Positions 34,181 through 46,548 of a stretch of DNA of 64,000 nt are shown piece after piece. Position numbers and translations under genes: made by a program. The stretch is from Raillietiella orientalis (taxonomy: Eukaryota), in the NCBI GenBank assembly GCA_036172245.1, contig JAYWIR010000008.1, forward strand, positions 4,402,001-4,466,000, given 5' to 3'. Below the pieces are notes generated by a model. That model searched no databases. It was not told the DNA's origin and saw only the letters and a program-made list of their open reading frames with translations. The first letter of the stretch is position 1. Each line of letters starts with the position of its first letter.

Positions 34181-37100
34181 GCGCCCGACTGCCCGCCGCT
34201 GGAGGGGTGGAAGTGAGGCGGACACCAGCCCGCGGCAGGAGCCCCAGCTGCAGGCGACCTGCAGAAGACTGACTCCGTGAGCGTGGGGTCGAAGTTCCTC
34301 GGGACTCCTCGCTTTTGGACGCCTCTGGGTCTCGGTGCTGGCGCGTCGACGAGGGCGCACCTGCCGGCCAGTCGGGGAATCAACCAACGCTGAGCGCGCG
34401 CCCTCCGCCGGAGGTGCGGACGCCTCTCCGCTGGCTCTGCACGCGTGCGTGCGCCACTTGCGTCCGGCGCATCCCTGGCGTCTCCCTCCTTCTCCTCCTC
34501 CTAGCGACGAACATCACGGGAGAGGAGGGTGCAGGTGAGGGGCAGATCATCCGAAGAGTCCGGAGGACGTCTCTATTCGGACCCTCGGGGAAAACTGCCG
34601 CTTCGCAGGCTTCTGGGAGCGCACGCGAGTCCCTCGGGAGCCGCGCGTTTCCTCTGGCAACGGAAGGCTGGCGCCGAAGACTTGGAGTGTCCGACGAAAC
34701 CGGCACGCGGAAGGCTGTCGTCTCCAAGGAAGCGGGGCAGACTGCCACCTCCTCCTCCGGGGAGAGCGCGCGGCTCTCTCTGCTCTCCCTTCCAGGTCGG
34801 CGGGGGACCTGCCCCGAGCGCCAAGAAGAAAGTGACCTGCGCACGTCTGCCCGGCCGCGGGTCCTTCGGTCTCCATCCGGCTTGCAGGCCATGCGCTTCG
34901 CCTTCGTTCCCGCCCACGCGCGCGCGGCTCGCTGAGCTCCGAGGAGAGCGGCCGTGGCCCTTTCGGATGGCGCGCCTCTTCGCTGCCGTCCCTCCGCTTC
35001 TTCTCAGCGGTCACTTCCGGCAGACCCTCTCATCTTCATACGCTGCGGTAGGATGGCCACGCGGCTTCCGCGACCGGAGGGGGTCGGAGACCCCTCGTCG
35101 CGAGCGTTCCCGAGGGTCAAAAGTGCGACGTAGAGGGGGGCTGAACGCGATATCCCTGCTCCCCCCTTCTCCCCGTCCGAGGGTGGGGGGGGTCGTTCCA
35201 CGCCGCCCGGATGCTGCGGTCGAATGATCAGTTCGCGCGCGCGCCCGGGGAGAGATGCGCGCCGCGCTCGTGAGTCATCGCCGCCGAAGAGTTGGCCATT
35301 CTCTAGGAAGGCGTCCGCGGAGCGCCCAAGGGCACGCTCAGGTCTCCGCGTGCCCTCGGCGGATCGAGGAAACGGAAACGCAACAGGTGGAGGAAGAGAA
35401 GATCGGCTCGGTTAACAGCGCGACGAGGGTGGCGGAGCGGGCTCGGCGTCCCGTCGCGTAGCGGTCGCTGGGAGAGGAGACGTGACGTCAGCGGCTTCCC
35501 CCCCCCCCTTCGCCTTCCTCGTTTCCTTTCTTGCTCCTTTTTCTTTGGGCAGAGGGGGGGGGGGGGAGTGGAGCTGAGAAGGGGCGCTCTCGTTGCCTGG
35601 CGCCTAGAAAGAAAAAAGGGGGAACCCTGTCGTGCCGGGAACTGGGGTCCGAGGAGACCTTCGAAAACGCGGTCGGAGGGCGCTGCTGCCCGGGAGTCGT
35701 CCCCGGCAACATCCGCTCCGTGTTTTTTTTTTTTTTTTTTGCTCTCTAGTGCATCTCTGGCACTTCTCGGATGAGGTTTCCCTGCTTCCCGCGGAGCTGG
35801 CAGGGGGTCCCATCGTCGGCCTGAATGGGGAAGTGGGGAACGCAATGTCCATGAAGAGCAGATACGAAGACTTTCCCGGTGGCGGCTTCCGCCAGCTGCA
35901 CACATCGAACGATAGTGGAGGCTTTCGATCGCGTCAGTTGGTCACCTCGGCACGCGTCGGGTCACCAAGGAGAGCGAGCTAGAGCACTCTTCATGCTCGG
36001 TGCATTTGAAGGCGACGTAGGAGTGAACTCGGCAACACTGCCGTCGCCTCGTCGTTCATGAAATTTGCGTGTCCCATTTCTTGCTGCCCGCCGTCCTCTC
36101 TCGTTCCGGTAAGGTGCGGGCGGTGGATGGAAGTTTCGCTCATCATTTGTGGTCTTTTAAAAGGAGACGGGGAAGCGCGATAGAGTCCCGTGAGTCACTC
36201 TCAATTTAGGCAACTTTCGGATCTTGCATACCGGAGGCTCTTGCAGGTTCTTTTGCAGCCAGGAGAGCTCCAGCATGCTCCCCATCCACACGCTTTTCAG
36301 TGGGGGAGGGGGAAAAAAAAAAATTAAGGGCAAAAATCCTGCGTGATGAGTCGGTGGGATGCGGAGACGAAACCAATCTGATGAGCCACTCGCGCGCTCT
36401 GCCTACGGACATCACCAAAACGTCACAGATGCGCTGCTTTTAAGGCATCCGCCTCGGGTTCTCGAACGGTCTCCATACCTGAAGACCTACATCCTCTGAA
36501 AGCAAAGCTGAAAAATTACTGGAATTTCAAGATTCCTTTCTCGGGAACTTCATATAAGTGGACTCTTTCCCACCGACTCTTTTCCCTGAATTTATTAGGC
36601 ACGTGTTTATTATGTACGGGGTTTGACTTTTTGTACAACGCTGATAAAGTCTCCACCGGTCAGAGCGTGAAAAAAAAAAAAAAAAAAAAAAACGAACCGA
36701 GTGACAAAGTGCAGATTTTTTTTTTTTTTTTTTTTCGTGTCGATTAAACAGAATTTGCAGAAAAAGGAAATTCGCAGATGGGAAATCACTCGCAGGAATG
36801 CCAACTGAAAAAAAAATCCGTTTCTGTCCACCTGATTGGTTCATCGACAGCTATCGGTGTAAGTTTGCTACCATCATCGACGGAGTCTCCCGGTCTCCTG
36901 GGATACGAAGCCCAAGCCGAGCAGATGCACCACTTTTCAAATCAGCCTTACCAAGGCGGCTTCCACCAAGGCAGAGTGTTCATCATCCTCCGTGCGTTCT
37001 GCACGCCCTCTTCTCGACAGGCAGCGTCCGCCAAACGCCGCTGCTGCAGGAAGACAGGTTGTCTGGTGTCATCGACTGCACAGCATCATGCAGTTCGCTG

Positions 37101-39649
37101 TGGACCCAGGCGTTCGGAAAGAGGCATTCCAGTCCCTTCTCTTCCTTGCACGCGCTCGCTTGGCATCCCCGTGATGATGAATCCGTCCCGCCACTTGGTC
37201 CTGAGGAGTCGCTTCTGAAAGTGAAAACTTCTTGTTTCGCTTCTCGTGTTCCCTCTGCAGCCGTGCTCCCGGCCGATAAAAAGGCTGCACTCGGAGACAC
37301 GCACCAGTGCATTCGTTCGATGAGAAATGGTGAACGTGAGCAATCTTGGAGGGGTTCCCATGGCCACTCGGACCTTTCCCCCCTCGTTTCGGAAAATCAG
37401 CATTTGAATATCCATCTCTCGAGACGGATTAGAAGGATGGTTACGCGAGCGATCCGCTGTTGGTGGATCTTCAAGGAAATAAGCTCGAATCCGGCAGCGG
37501 AGAAACACACACGCGCGCGCGCGCAAAAACTGGCTGTCCTCTGGAAAGACACGAGAGAGCTGTTAATGCAAGTAGGCGTTTAGGACGCTTCGTTCGAACG
37601 GAATTGCGAGATTGCCTTGCATAATGAGCACGGGGATGTTTTCGGGAAGGCACCTAAGATCGATAACTCGCCTGCAATCAGCTGCAGAGAGGTTTGCAAG
37701 CGACCATTTGGTATGCATCAAGGTGAGCAGCGGAGGGGCCAGCAGCGTTTCTTGTGGGAACTCTTTAACGAGGCAGTCGCGTCCCTCGAAAAGGAGAGAG
37801 CAAAAATAAATCTTCGTTCCTTCCAGCGCTCGCACGCATCTTCTCGATCCTCGAGGAAAACGCGAAGTTTCCTATAAATAGGTCCGTTTTCGGAGAGGAG
37901 GAAGGCGAAGATGAGGACGAAGGGAGGGGAGGGTGGGAGAGGAGGAGGAAAGAAAAGAAAGGCGAAGGAAAAACAGCGATCCGCCGTGTGACAACTTTGA
38001 GATATGACGCACGGAGGAATTTCGGCGTCTCTTTCGGGAAGGCGGACGGCTCGCAGCCCGCGTCGTGAGCAGGAAGTTGCACGGCCGTTCTTTCTCTCCT
38101 CGAAGGACGGGAAAAAAAGGTATTTTTGCATTTCCGAAAAGCTTTGGCGAGCGGGCGTGCGGAGGCCCCTCGCGAGTCGACGGCTCCCAGAACCGCCGGG
38201 CCTTCCATAAATCGAGGGCAGGAACAGCCAGACTCTGGCGATCTCGACAGACGGGCGCAGAGAGTTGCCCGAAGGCCAACTCGTTTCCTCCAGGGAGGAA
38301 TCGGCTTTTCGCGCAGGCGCGCGAGAGACGGAGGTGGCGGAAAGCGCGGCTGGGCCGAGCGGGAAAGGCAGAGAGCGACGACGCACGGGAGGGCGGTGCG
38401 CGCGTGTCGGAGCGCATGCGTGAGGCGCCTGCCTGATCTCCAAGCGGTCCAAGGCTGCCACCACCGCCGCCGCCTCTCTTCGCATCTTCCGCTGCAAGAG
38501 GAGTTTGGGCCGTCCGCTCTTTCCGATCCTGAGGTGGAGAGGAGCTGATGTGAAGGGGAGCAACGCATCCCTCCCTCAAGAGGGGGTGAAAGGGCAGTCC
38601 GCTCCCTTCTTCCTCCTCCTTCGCGTTTGGTTTCGCATCCTCCCGAAAAAAGGAAGCTCCCGACTTTTTTTTTTTCGGGAGCTGCTCTTCGCTCTCCGAA
38701 GAGCGCGCCCGCGGGAACGAGGCAGAATCGCCACTCCCTCGCGGCGTCCACGTCGCCAGCGAGTCTCCCTTCCAACAGCAGGGCTGGGGGGGAGCAGGTC
38801 GCGCTCCTGCGTGCGCGGGCGGGGATGCGGGAGGTGCGAAGGAGGAGGACACGCAGGTGGTCTCCTTGTTCCGGGGGATCGACGGCGCGCGTGCCCCCTA
38901 CCCTCATTCGACCCGCTTCCACGGAGCGCGCGTTCTCCGCACGCACGCAAGAGGAGAAAATCCGTGCATCTCGCGCCCAGGAGCCTCATCTCCGGCCCAT
39001 AGAAGCACACGCGTTGCTGTCCATAGCGAGGCTCAGAGGAAGGACGGGAGGAGGGGGAGCAAGGGAAAGCAGGAAAGAAAACGAAACAAAGAACGGAAGG
39101 AGCCGAGGAGGACCGTTCTTTGCCCTTTTTCCTCCTCCTTCTCCCCCCCCCCTTTTTCTTTCTCCTACTCTCCCGCCTTCCCCCTTTCCCCTCGTCTGCC
39201 TCCCCGCTCGTCCTGCGAGTCGCTTCGTCTTCCGATTGCCTGCGGATGCCGCAGCAGCCGTGGGACGACGGCAGGAACGGTAAGCGAGGGATCGCTGCTG
39301 CAGAACGGGAGGAAGGAGAAGATAAAGGAAAAAAAAAATAAAGAGCGGCGAGAAAACGCCTGGAAGCTAGGTCCGTCCCTACGAGATGCTGCTGCTGCTG
39401 CTGCGGAGGTGTGGGTCGCGCCGGGTGAGTTCCAGGGAATGGGAGAGGAGCTAGAGACTGAGAAAGAGGTTCTTCGAGATCTGGGCTGAGAGAAAGGGCC
39501 GCGATTCCTACCCTTGCCCTCTGCGCGCGTGGTGTACCCCAGTTGTACACGTACGACGTACGCGTGGCATACGCGGAGACCTCACGATGGAAGCCCCCGA
39601 AGGACCCGAGGCGTTCCCGACCTTCTTATTTCTGGGGCTTCCTTCGGGA

Positions 39650-40900
39650 GCGGAGGCGCCCCCCGGTTCCTGATAAGTGGCTGCGGTCATCGCCGCCGGC
39701 GCGTCGGAGTCCAGGGTGAGCGGCAGGCGATGAAGTGCACAGAGGAGCTGGAGAGGGGGCTGAGGAAAGGAAAGGAACGTATCTCTCGCTCCCTACGACT
39801 CTTCCTACGCAATCCTCTGTCCTGCCGGAAAGGGTCTGGATGTGCGATCTCCGTGATTCCTCTTGGTCAGGTTTTCACCTGACGGTCGCTCGCCAGGGCA
39901 AAGGTCAGCGGGCGGGACAGCGAAGGGGCGAAAGAGTCTTCCCAGAACCTCCCAAACCGTCGGACAGGGGAGGGGAATGGTCGTAGGTCGATGAGAGCCA
40001 CCGCTCGGGGGGAACCTTGCTGGTCAAAGTCAGGAGGAGCAAACTCAGGACGGGGCTTTCCGAAGGTTCCGCCCACTCGCTAAGACGGAGTTGAACTCGA
40101 GGAGGGGGAGGGGAGCATCCCAGCCGGCAGGATGGAGGTTGAAAGCGGTAGGCGGCTCTCGTGCCGCCGCCCCCGCAGAGGGCGCCTGTCCACTCAGGCG
40201 GGCGTCCCTGCCACAGAAATAGGGAGGAGGAAGGGGAGGGAGGACTGCCCGGGAGAGCTCCCAGGGAGGGTCCGGGAGAAAAAGGGGATTCTCCCCGATT
40301 AGGAAGATGGGAAGGAGAGCCGTCGCCCGTCGTAGCAGCAGCAACCGCCCGCCCGCCTGCGTTCGAGGAGCGATCGCCAGGATGCGCTGAGGGCTGGCCG
40401 AGTACTCGGCTCGCTGCGAGGACGAGCCACGTTCCAAACAGTCCCCAGAGGAGAGGGTGGAAGAGGGAGAGGGAGGGAAGAGAAACTCCCAGATCACCTG
40501 AGGGGTCCATCTTTCGCCTCCCCCCTCAGTCTGGAAGACACGGAGGGGTCGTCTGAGGCCTTTCTTCGCACTCTTCGCGTGTCCAGGTCGCCGCAGCTCG
40601 GCTCACTCGTCCGGTCCCACGAACCTTACCTCGAGGCAGCTTTCGTGGGTTAGGAGGGGAAAGGATCGGTCCCCTGGACAATGCGGGGGAGATGGAGGAG
40701 CAGTGGCTTCTGGTGTTCATTCCCGAAGACTTTCCCTCACCTCCCATCCTCCCCTTCCAGCCCGGGAGTTCCTCCTTGCCGATGGGAGGCGTCTGGTCCT
40801 CCCCCTCGTTCCTGCCGTTAGTTTTCCGGGAGCGGAGGAAGGAGCTTTCATCCCACAGCTCCATAACCCCGCGACGCCACTGGGATGAATCGTCGGTATC
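39650..40900 (-). mobile_element. Decayed LINE RT
   Basis: LGALPGSPPSPSSSLFL (~GVPQGSPLSPxLF), RVQLRLSEWAE (~LQxxL..W), LTLTSK in ORF 39905..40510. Confidence 0.55.
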
Positions 40901-41471
40901 CAAGACTTCCGGGAAGGAAAACCCGGGGCACCACGCAGGACACTCCCCTTCTACGTTCTCCTTGGCGGAGTTCCCTCCCCTTTCCTTCATCCCTGAGGAG
41001 CCGTCTAGGCAACCTCCCCCTCCCCGGTAGGGAAACGGTCTCTGAGCCCGCACGACGTGAGGGCGGGCTGGGCGATGCTTTCGGCCTGCGGCAGATACAG
41101 GGGAGAGGCATGCCGCCGGGATGGCGCGTCTCTGCGCGGGCGGCAGCAAGGGAACATCCCGCGGGAGCGGGTGGAGCAGGAGACGGGATGGGAAGCTTCC
41201 CCTCCAGCAACGAGGAAAGCAGACTCTGCGGGACCAACGACGCATGTCCCTCCTCGCTCTCGTGCTGGGAGCTGCCGCCGGCACACCTAGAGCTTTGTCT
41301 ACTCTGTGCCTGCCTGTATCATAACCATTATTTTATTCTTCCACCTCCTCTTCTCCCAGTCCCCTCCTTTGCCGCGCATGAGCATCCGGAGGTAAACCTC
41401 CGAAGACGAAGAGTCCATCCGAGAAAGGTCTGTGCTCGCGTGCCTTTCGATGATCCCGAGGAAAAGGGGTA

Positions 41472-41565
41472 GAAAGAAAAAAAAAAAAAAAAAAATGCCT
41501 TCCTTCTCAGGTAGGAAAAAAAAAAAAAAAAAAAGCAGAAGAAGAAGAAGAAGAAAGAAAAAAAA
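41472..41565. repeat. Poly-A tracts and (AGA)n
   Basis: Two long A runs followed by agaagaagaagaagaag. Confidence 0.9.
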
Positions 41566-43875
41566 TCGAAATCACGCACAAACGGAGGCTGGGAAGCTCC
41601 AAACTTCCTTCGGTGTGTAAATCAAACACCCGCAAGCAGCCGCGTGCACCAAATGCACCTTCCGATGCATTCCGGACGCTGCTTGTTTATTTACCGGCTC
41701 CCTGGCGACGGCTCGGAACAACACGGCGTTATTTATGCCTCCTTGGATCCGCGGACGCGGTTTCGAGCAGCATCCCTCGTGTCACCCAAGCCAGTGGGCC
41801 AGGAGGCATCATGATATGGTCACTCGGATCGGGCGGATTTTCCAGTTCGTTGTTGGCGTTGCCACGGTGACGCGTGCGGTGCGCGCTCTCCCGATCGCAC
41901 CTTTCGCACGCAGCTTTTTACGTGAGCCGAGTTTCCATGACTGCGGATACGGAAGATGAGATGAGTCGAGAGGATTCCCTGTCTACCTGCAGACTCTCGG
42001 GGATTTGAGCAAAGTAAGTTTGTTTCGGATACGTACATATATGGAAAAAGAAAAAAAGGCATAACGGGAAAAACCGGGACGTGTGCTTCCTTTGTCTGCG
42101 GCGAGAAGATTTTTCCTCGGTGGTCGTAAGCAGGGCGAAATTGCCAGCTCACCGAGCGTAAAGTGTTTCAATTACACCTCGGATGCGAATTTCCAAGAGT
42201 TCATTCAGTCCCAGGCAGGTTGTTGTTGTTTCGCACGATGTGATCGACTGCGCCCTGAGTTGTCCGTTGTTCCGAATGGACGGAAGTGTTCCGCGGGCAA
42301 CAGAAACGGTCTGCTCAGAGCTGCCGGTGCCCAATTTCTCCGCAGCCCGGGAAGACTTCCTTTCCTTCCTCTTCCTCCTGCTTTTCCCTATGGCCGATGG
42401 GGCTGCGGACTGGCGGCAGGGTTTTCGCCTATGAATATGGGTGGGTCGCCACGTGCGGCGGCGTCTGCGTATCCTTCTCTTCCGCGATTCGGAAAGCTTC
42501 ACCCCTCGTCCTTGAAACGCGCGAGGGTTTGGTCATCTAGAGGAGTATCCGAGCTTCCAGCATCGAATTCCAGTTCCGTGTGAAAACGATCAGTTCCGAC
42601 GTCTCATTCCCTATTCGCGAATGCCGAAAGAACTCTATTCTTCCGCCGTGCCCTCCGCGGATCGTACGCGTGAGTTTTTGGCTTGTGAGAAAACGTGGTC
42701 CACGGTCCTGGACGGCTTCGAAATAGCTCCTCCTCCTGCCGAGTGGGATGCGGAGTTTCATCCCGGTAATTTTGGATTCTTCCACACGTGTTTGTGATTT
42801 GCTCCTTTTGGATGACTCGCGTGTTTCGTGCATGTGATGTTTGTGTAATGGGCGTGTCGGTGACAGTTCCTCTTTGACAGAACTCTGTGTACCATTTCAT
42901 TCATTGTGAAATGATAAGGTACAGTTAGTTTTTTTTTTTTTTATCGTGAAGGTCAGTGTGCAATCAAGACAGATATCGGGCCTGTGCCAAAGACTATACA
43001 TCATCAGTTGCATCTTTTTTTTTCTTTCTTGAAAAAAAAAAAAAAGGTCGCCAGGTACTTCTTCTTCACGAGCAACCGAATTGAGTATTTTATAAATGAA
43101 ATATGAAGGGGAGACTGTCAGAGAAATTAATCAATGTAGATTTTTTTTCGGGGGGTGAAGCGTTGCATGCGGTTAGCCGTATGTGTGTACCAATCATGTT
43201 GGATTAATGGTTAATGGGACATGAGTTTTCACACACGTGCTTCCAAGTTCTTAGCGAGGCAGATGCAAGGAACTCGAGGAGGAAAGAAAAAACTTTTTCC
43301 AAAGCAGGCGGAAGATCAGTTTTTCTATGCGCTGCCGAGTGGGCTTTCTTCACGTGGGCCGTCTTCCTCACGTGCGAGATGGGACTTTGGGCTGGCGCCG
43401 TCGAAAACAGGGGACCCTGAGGGGACAAGTCGACTCGGGGTTGTGTGTGTCGTACACGGGGTGTTTCTCGAAAGCGCGCACTTTTCCTGCCACGGCCGTC
43501 AAGTGAATTTCCAACGAGTGCGTCTGGAAGGTGGAGGTGCGATGAGAGGAAATCTTCCGTATCAATCAGAATGGGAACGCAGTCGGTGGCCAGGCGTGCT
43601 TGCGTCCACGCGTTCGTGCGTTGTGACGAAGGTACGTATAGGATGAAAGCAAAAGTTTTATCCCGTGCATCCCTGATCTGACGATGGAGACTTTTCTCCC
43701 GCGGTCCAGTGTGTCCAGTGGCTGCTTGAAGATGGACGGATTTTCCGTGACTGAAAGCCACAGAGCGATGATACCGTGATGGGGAAAATTAATTAGGATA
43801 ATCTAGACCAGTTGGAGATCAAGTTTGAGCCTTTCGTTTTGGGAAACAAAAGAGCCGTCGAGTAGTTTCGAGTAC

Positions 43876-43893
43876 TATTATTATTATTATTAT
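43876..43893. repeat. (TAT)n microsatellite
   Basis: tattattattattattat. Confidence 0.9.
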
Positions 43894-44049
43894 TTTCTTT
43901 CCCCCTCCCTCCCCCCCAGAAACAAAGGCATGGAGGTTTTTCAAGATGTGTGTGTTCAGCCCTTCCGTTCGGCTGAAACGATGATTGCGGCAATTGGTCT
44001 CTTGTTTGCTGGATGATGCTTTTATTCAAAAAAGGAAGTCAGTTTTTCC

Positions 44050-44700
44050 GATCAGCTACTTGGGCATTCTTGTGCTCTGGACCGTGCTGCAGAGAACGCA
44101 AAGTTCCCGCGCAGCGTTTGCTCCATTATGCGCGGATGCTGTCGTTGGGGTGCCATCAGTGTCGAAGGGCGAGCCCGCGTATCTGCATTTTGTCCATACA
44201 AAACACGCTTGTGTGCTCCGATGGGAACAAACTGTCCTACCTGTACCATGATGACCACCCTTGCAATCGGTCCTTCCTTCAGCCACTCTCCTAACGAGGC
44301 CGCCCAGGTGCGCGAAGGAACAAGGAAAGACCTTTCCGAGATGTCTGCTGCTTTTTGCTCTTTTCTTTGATAAAGCGCAGTAGGTGTGATTGGGGGATGC
44401 AAGCGAGGAAATTCGGATAATATACTGCTGAGGAAGTAGTGGGTTGAGCTGATTTCTCCTGTGGAATGGAATCATGGAGAAAGTGGAAGTGGAAGAAAAA
44501 AAAAATTCCTTCCTCGCCTATTCCTCCTCTGAAACGGAACGCTTCCTTTTGGAAACTTTGCTCGGAGTTTATAGAACATGGGAAGAAAAATTCCAGCTGT
44601 GCCATCGTATGTGAAGGCCCGACCGTGTCCCCAGAATAGGCCCTTCGCAAAGTCGGAATCGAAACGAATGCCCAAAGTTCTTCGTGGTGTCAGGCCCCAC
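44050..44700 (-). mobile_element. Possible highly decayed LINE RT remnant
   Basis: GEWLKEG..RVVIMVQVG..RVLYG (~W..L..R..V..G..GVPQG) and TLGIRFD; motif order is not fully consistent. Confidence 0.3.
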
Positions 44701-45799
44701 GTCCTATTTGCTTTCCGGATCATCGCAGTTGGTCATCTCGATTCATTTCCGCAAGATTTAGTGTTTCCAGAGTGTCCACTTCGCGGGGAATTTTGTGTGG
44801 TGAGCCGCTGCCGTAGGACACCGAGAACCCACTTTATGGTAGCCGCCGTTCGTAGTAGCATCGAATGTACACACACACACAAAAAAAAAATCCATTTTTG
44901 ATTGCAATTCCGAAATGTAGATGTTTATAGAATCAATTGATCCGCAACACGTCCTTGTCCCTGTATACACAAGTGGTTTCGTATCCCCTACGGCGTGCTA
45001 CTGCGCAGGAAAAAAAAGGCGTACACGATCCGCCGGTGGTCACCGTTACGTTTGTGAGTTTCCTGGAAATCGTCCTTTCTCCAAGGCAACAAACGGTACG
45101 GATCCGCATCCTTCCGCCATCGCATCGTGGAGTTCAGAGATCCTCATGCAACGCAAAAGAAATCCACTGCTGAATTGTCTTGAGATTTTAATTGCATGGA
45201 AAACCACTGGACGTGGCGCGTGAAAACAGTGGGGAGCTGAACCCCACGTTTGCATTTGCAAGGGCTTATTTGGTTGATAGGAGGTGCCAGGGAGTGCACA
45301 TCCACTGCACTTCCGTGTGCCGCCTCAAGTGAAAACGGTCTGTTATCCTGCTCCAGTGACTCTGATTTTTCCGTTTACCTCTTTTCTTCTGAGCGTCGTG
45401 AGAAGTTTCCGAACCGATAGGCTTGCCTGTTTTACCCGAAATCCCATTAGCCTCGCAACCGGCCGAAACCACACGTGGTGGCGAGAACAGTGGGGCGTGT
45501 GCGGTACCCAACCACGAGAGAGCGCGTTCTGATTCTCCGGGTGCATTCTTCTGCTGGTGTCGACGATCTGTCGGGACCAGTCTCCACTGAAAGTCGCATT
45601 CCGGTTTACTGTGAGGCGCAGAGGTCGCATGAACACCTTTTTTTCATGTGAGTGTACTCCCGTGTCCGTGCGTCCAGAAGGAGCAGTTTCGTTGTGTTCC
45701 GGCTACCTTTGGCCTGCGGGTGCTTTGCCTCACTGCTTGTTTACTTTGATCCACGTGGAGAAGCTTGGCAACGCGTTGATCACTTGGGACGTGACGATT

Positions 45800-46400
45800 T
45801 GGTCAGAACCCAAAGCATCTCTCCAGCCGCCCCTTCGTTGCTGCAGTCAGCAGACCCCAGCGGTGATTTCCTTTTCCTGTGACAAGTACCAATAGCGGAA
45901 TGTCAATCATCAGGTTGCGCCGCCGTTGCCTCTTTCGGAGTGGCTGCTGGTTCTGGTTCATTTGTTTCGTGTCGGGAATAAGTTTCCGGGAAAAGTTTTC
46001 ATAAAGACGTCTGGCCTCTTAGTTGGGAAGGCGTTTGGATCGAAATTTTCAGGTCTCCCATGTCTTCCATCCCAAGCGTTAGCTTCGGGATCTTCCAGGG
46101 GGAACACATCTCAGCCAGCGGAGTCACGTTGGCAGGAACCATCCACGCGTCCCGGAAGAAAGCAGTTTTCGCATTCCGGTGTACCCTCATCTGATTGGAG
46201 TTCTTTAGTGGCAGACCGGCTTGCACCTTTTTAGACGTTCTCTTCCGAGTACGGGTACCAGAAAATGGCTCCGATGCCACTGAAAGGCGTTTCCTTCCAT
46301 CCTGGCAGCGGTGCTTATTGCTTACAGTGTTGGAATTCAGGGAGGTTTGTTGTTTGTCCACTAAATGCACAAGCAACCCGTCCTGAAGCTGACTCCTCGC
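45800..46400 (-). mobile_element. CR1-like LINE 3' fragment
   Basis: FWYPY..KVQ..ATK..WKI (~VWxP..EKVQRRATK..YKI), then a W..L..ITA tail. Confidence 0.5.
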
Positions 46401-46513
46401 TTAAATTCGCCCACGGCAAGCTTCTTGTAAGTTAGTTAGTTCGAAATCTCTTCCGAAGGCAGTCTCTTTCTCCTGGGTTCATTCCGACCTCCCCCTGAAG
46501 AGCTGAATTTCAG

Positions 46514-46548
46514 CAATTTTTGGCAGCGGGCACCACTGCCAAAAATTG
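46514..46548. repeat. Hairpin, 16-bp arms with one mismatch, 3-nt loop
   Basis: caatttttggcagcgg-gca-ccactgccaaaaattg. Confidence 0.9.

Noticed and set aside
36952..37216. Minus-strand exon-like segment (tttcag...gtaagg)
   Set aside because: All three frames contain stops and there is no recognisable homology.
37718..39550. Several overlapping 280-390 aa ORFs
   Set aside because: Open in multiple frames on both strands and running through homopolymers, which indicates a compositional artefact.
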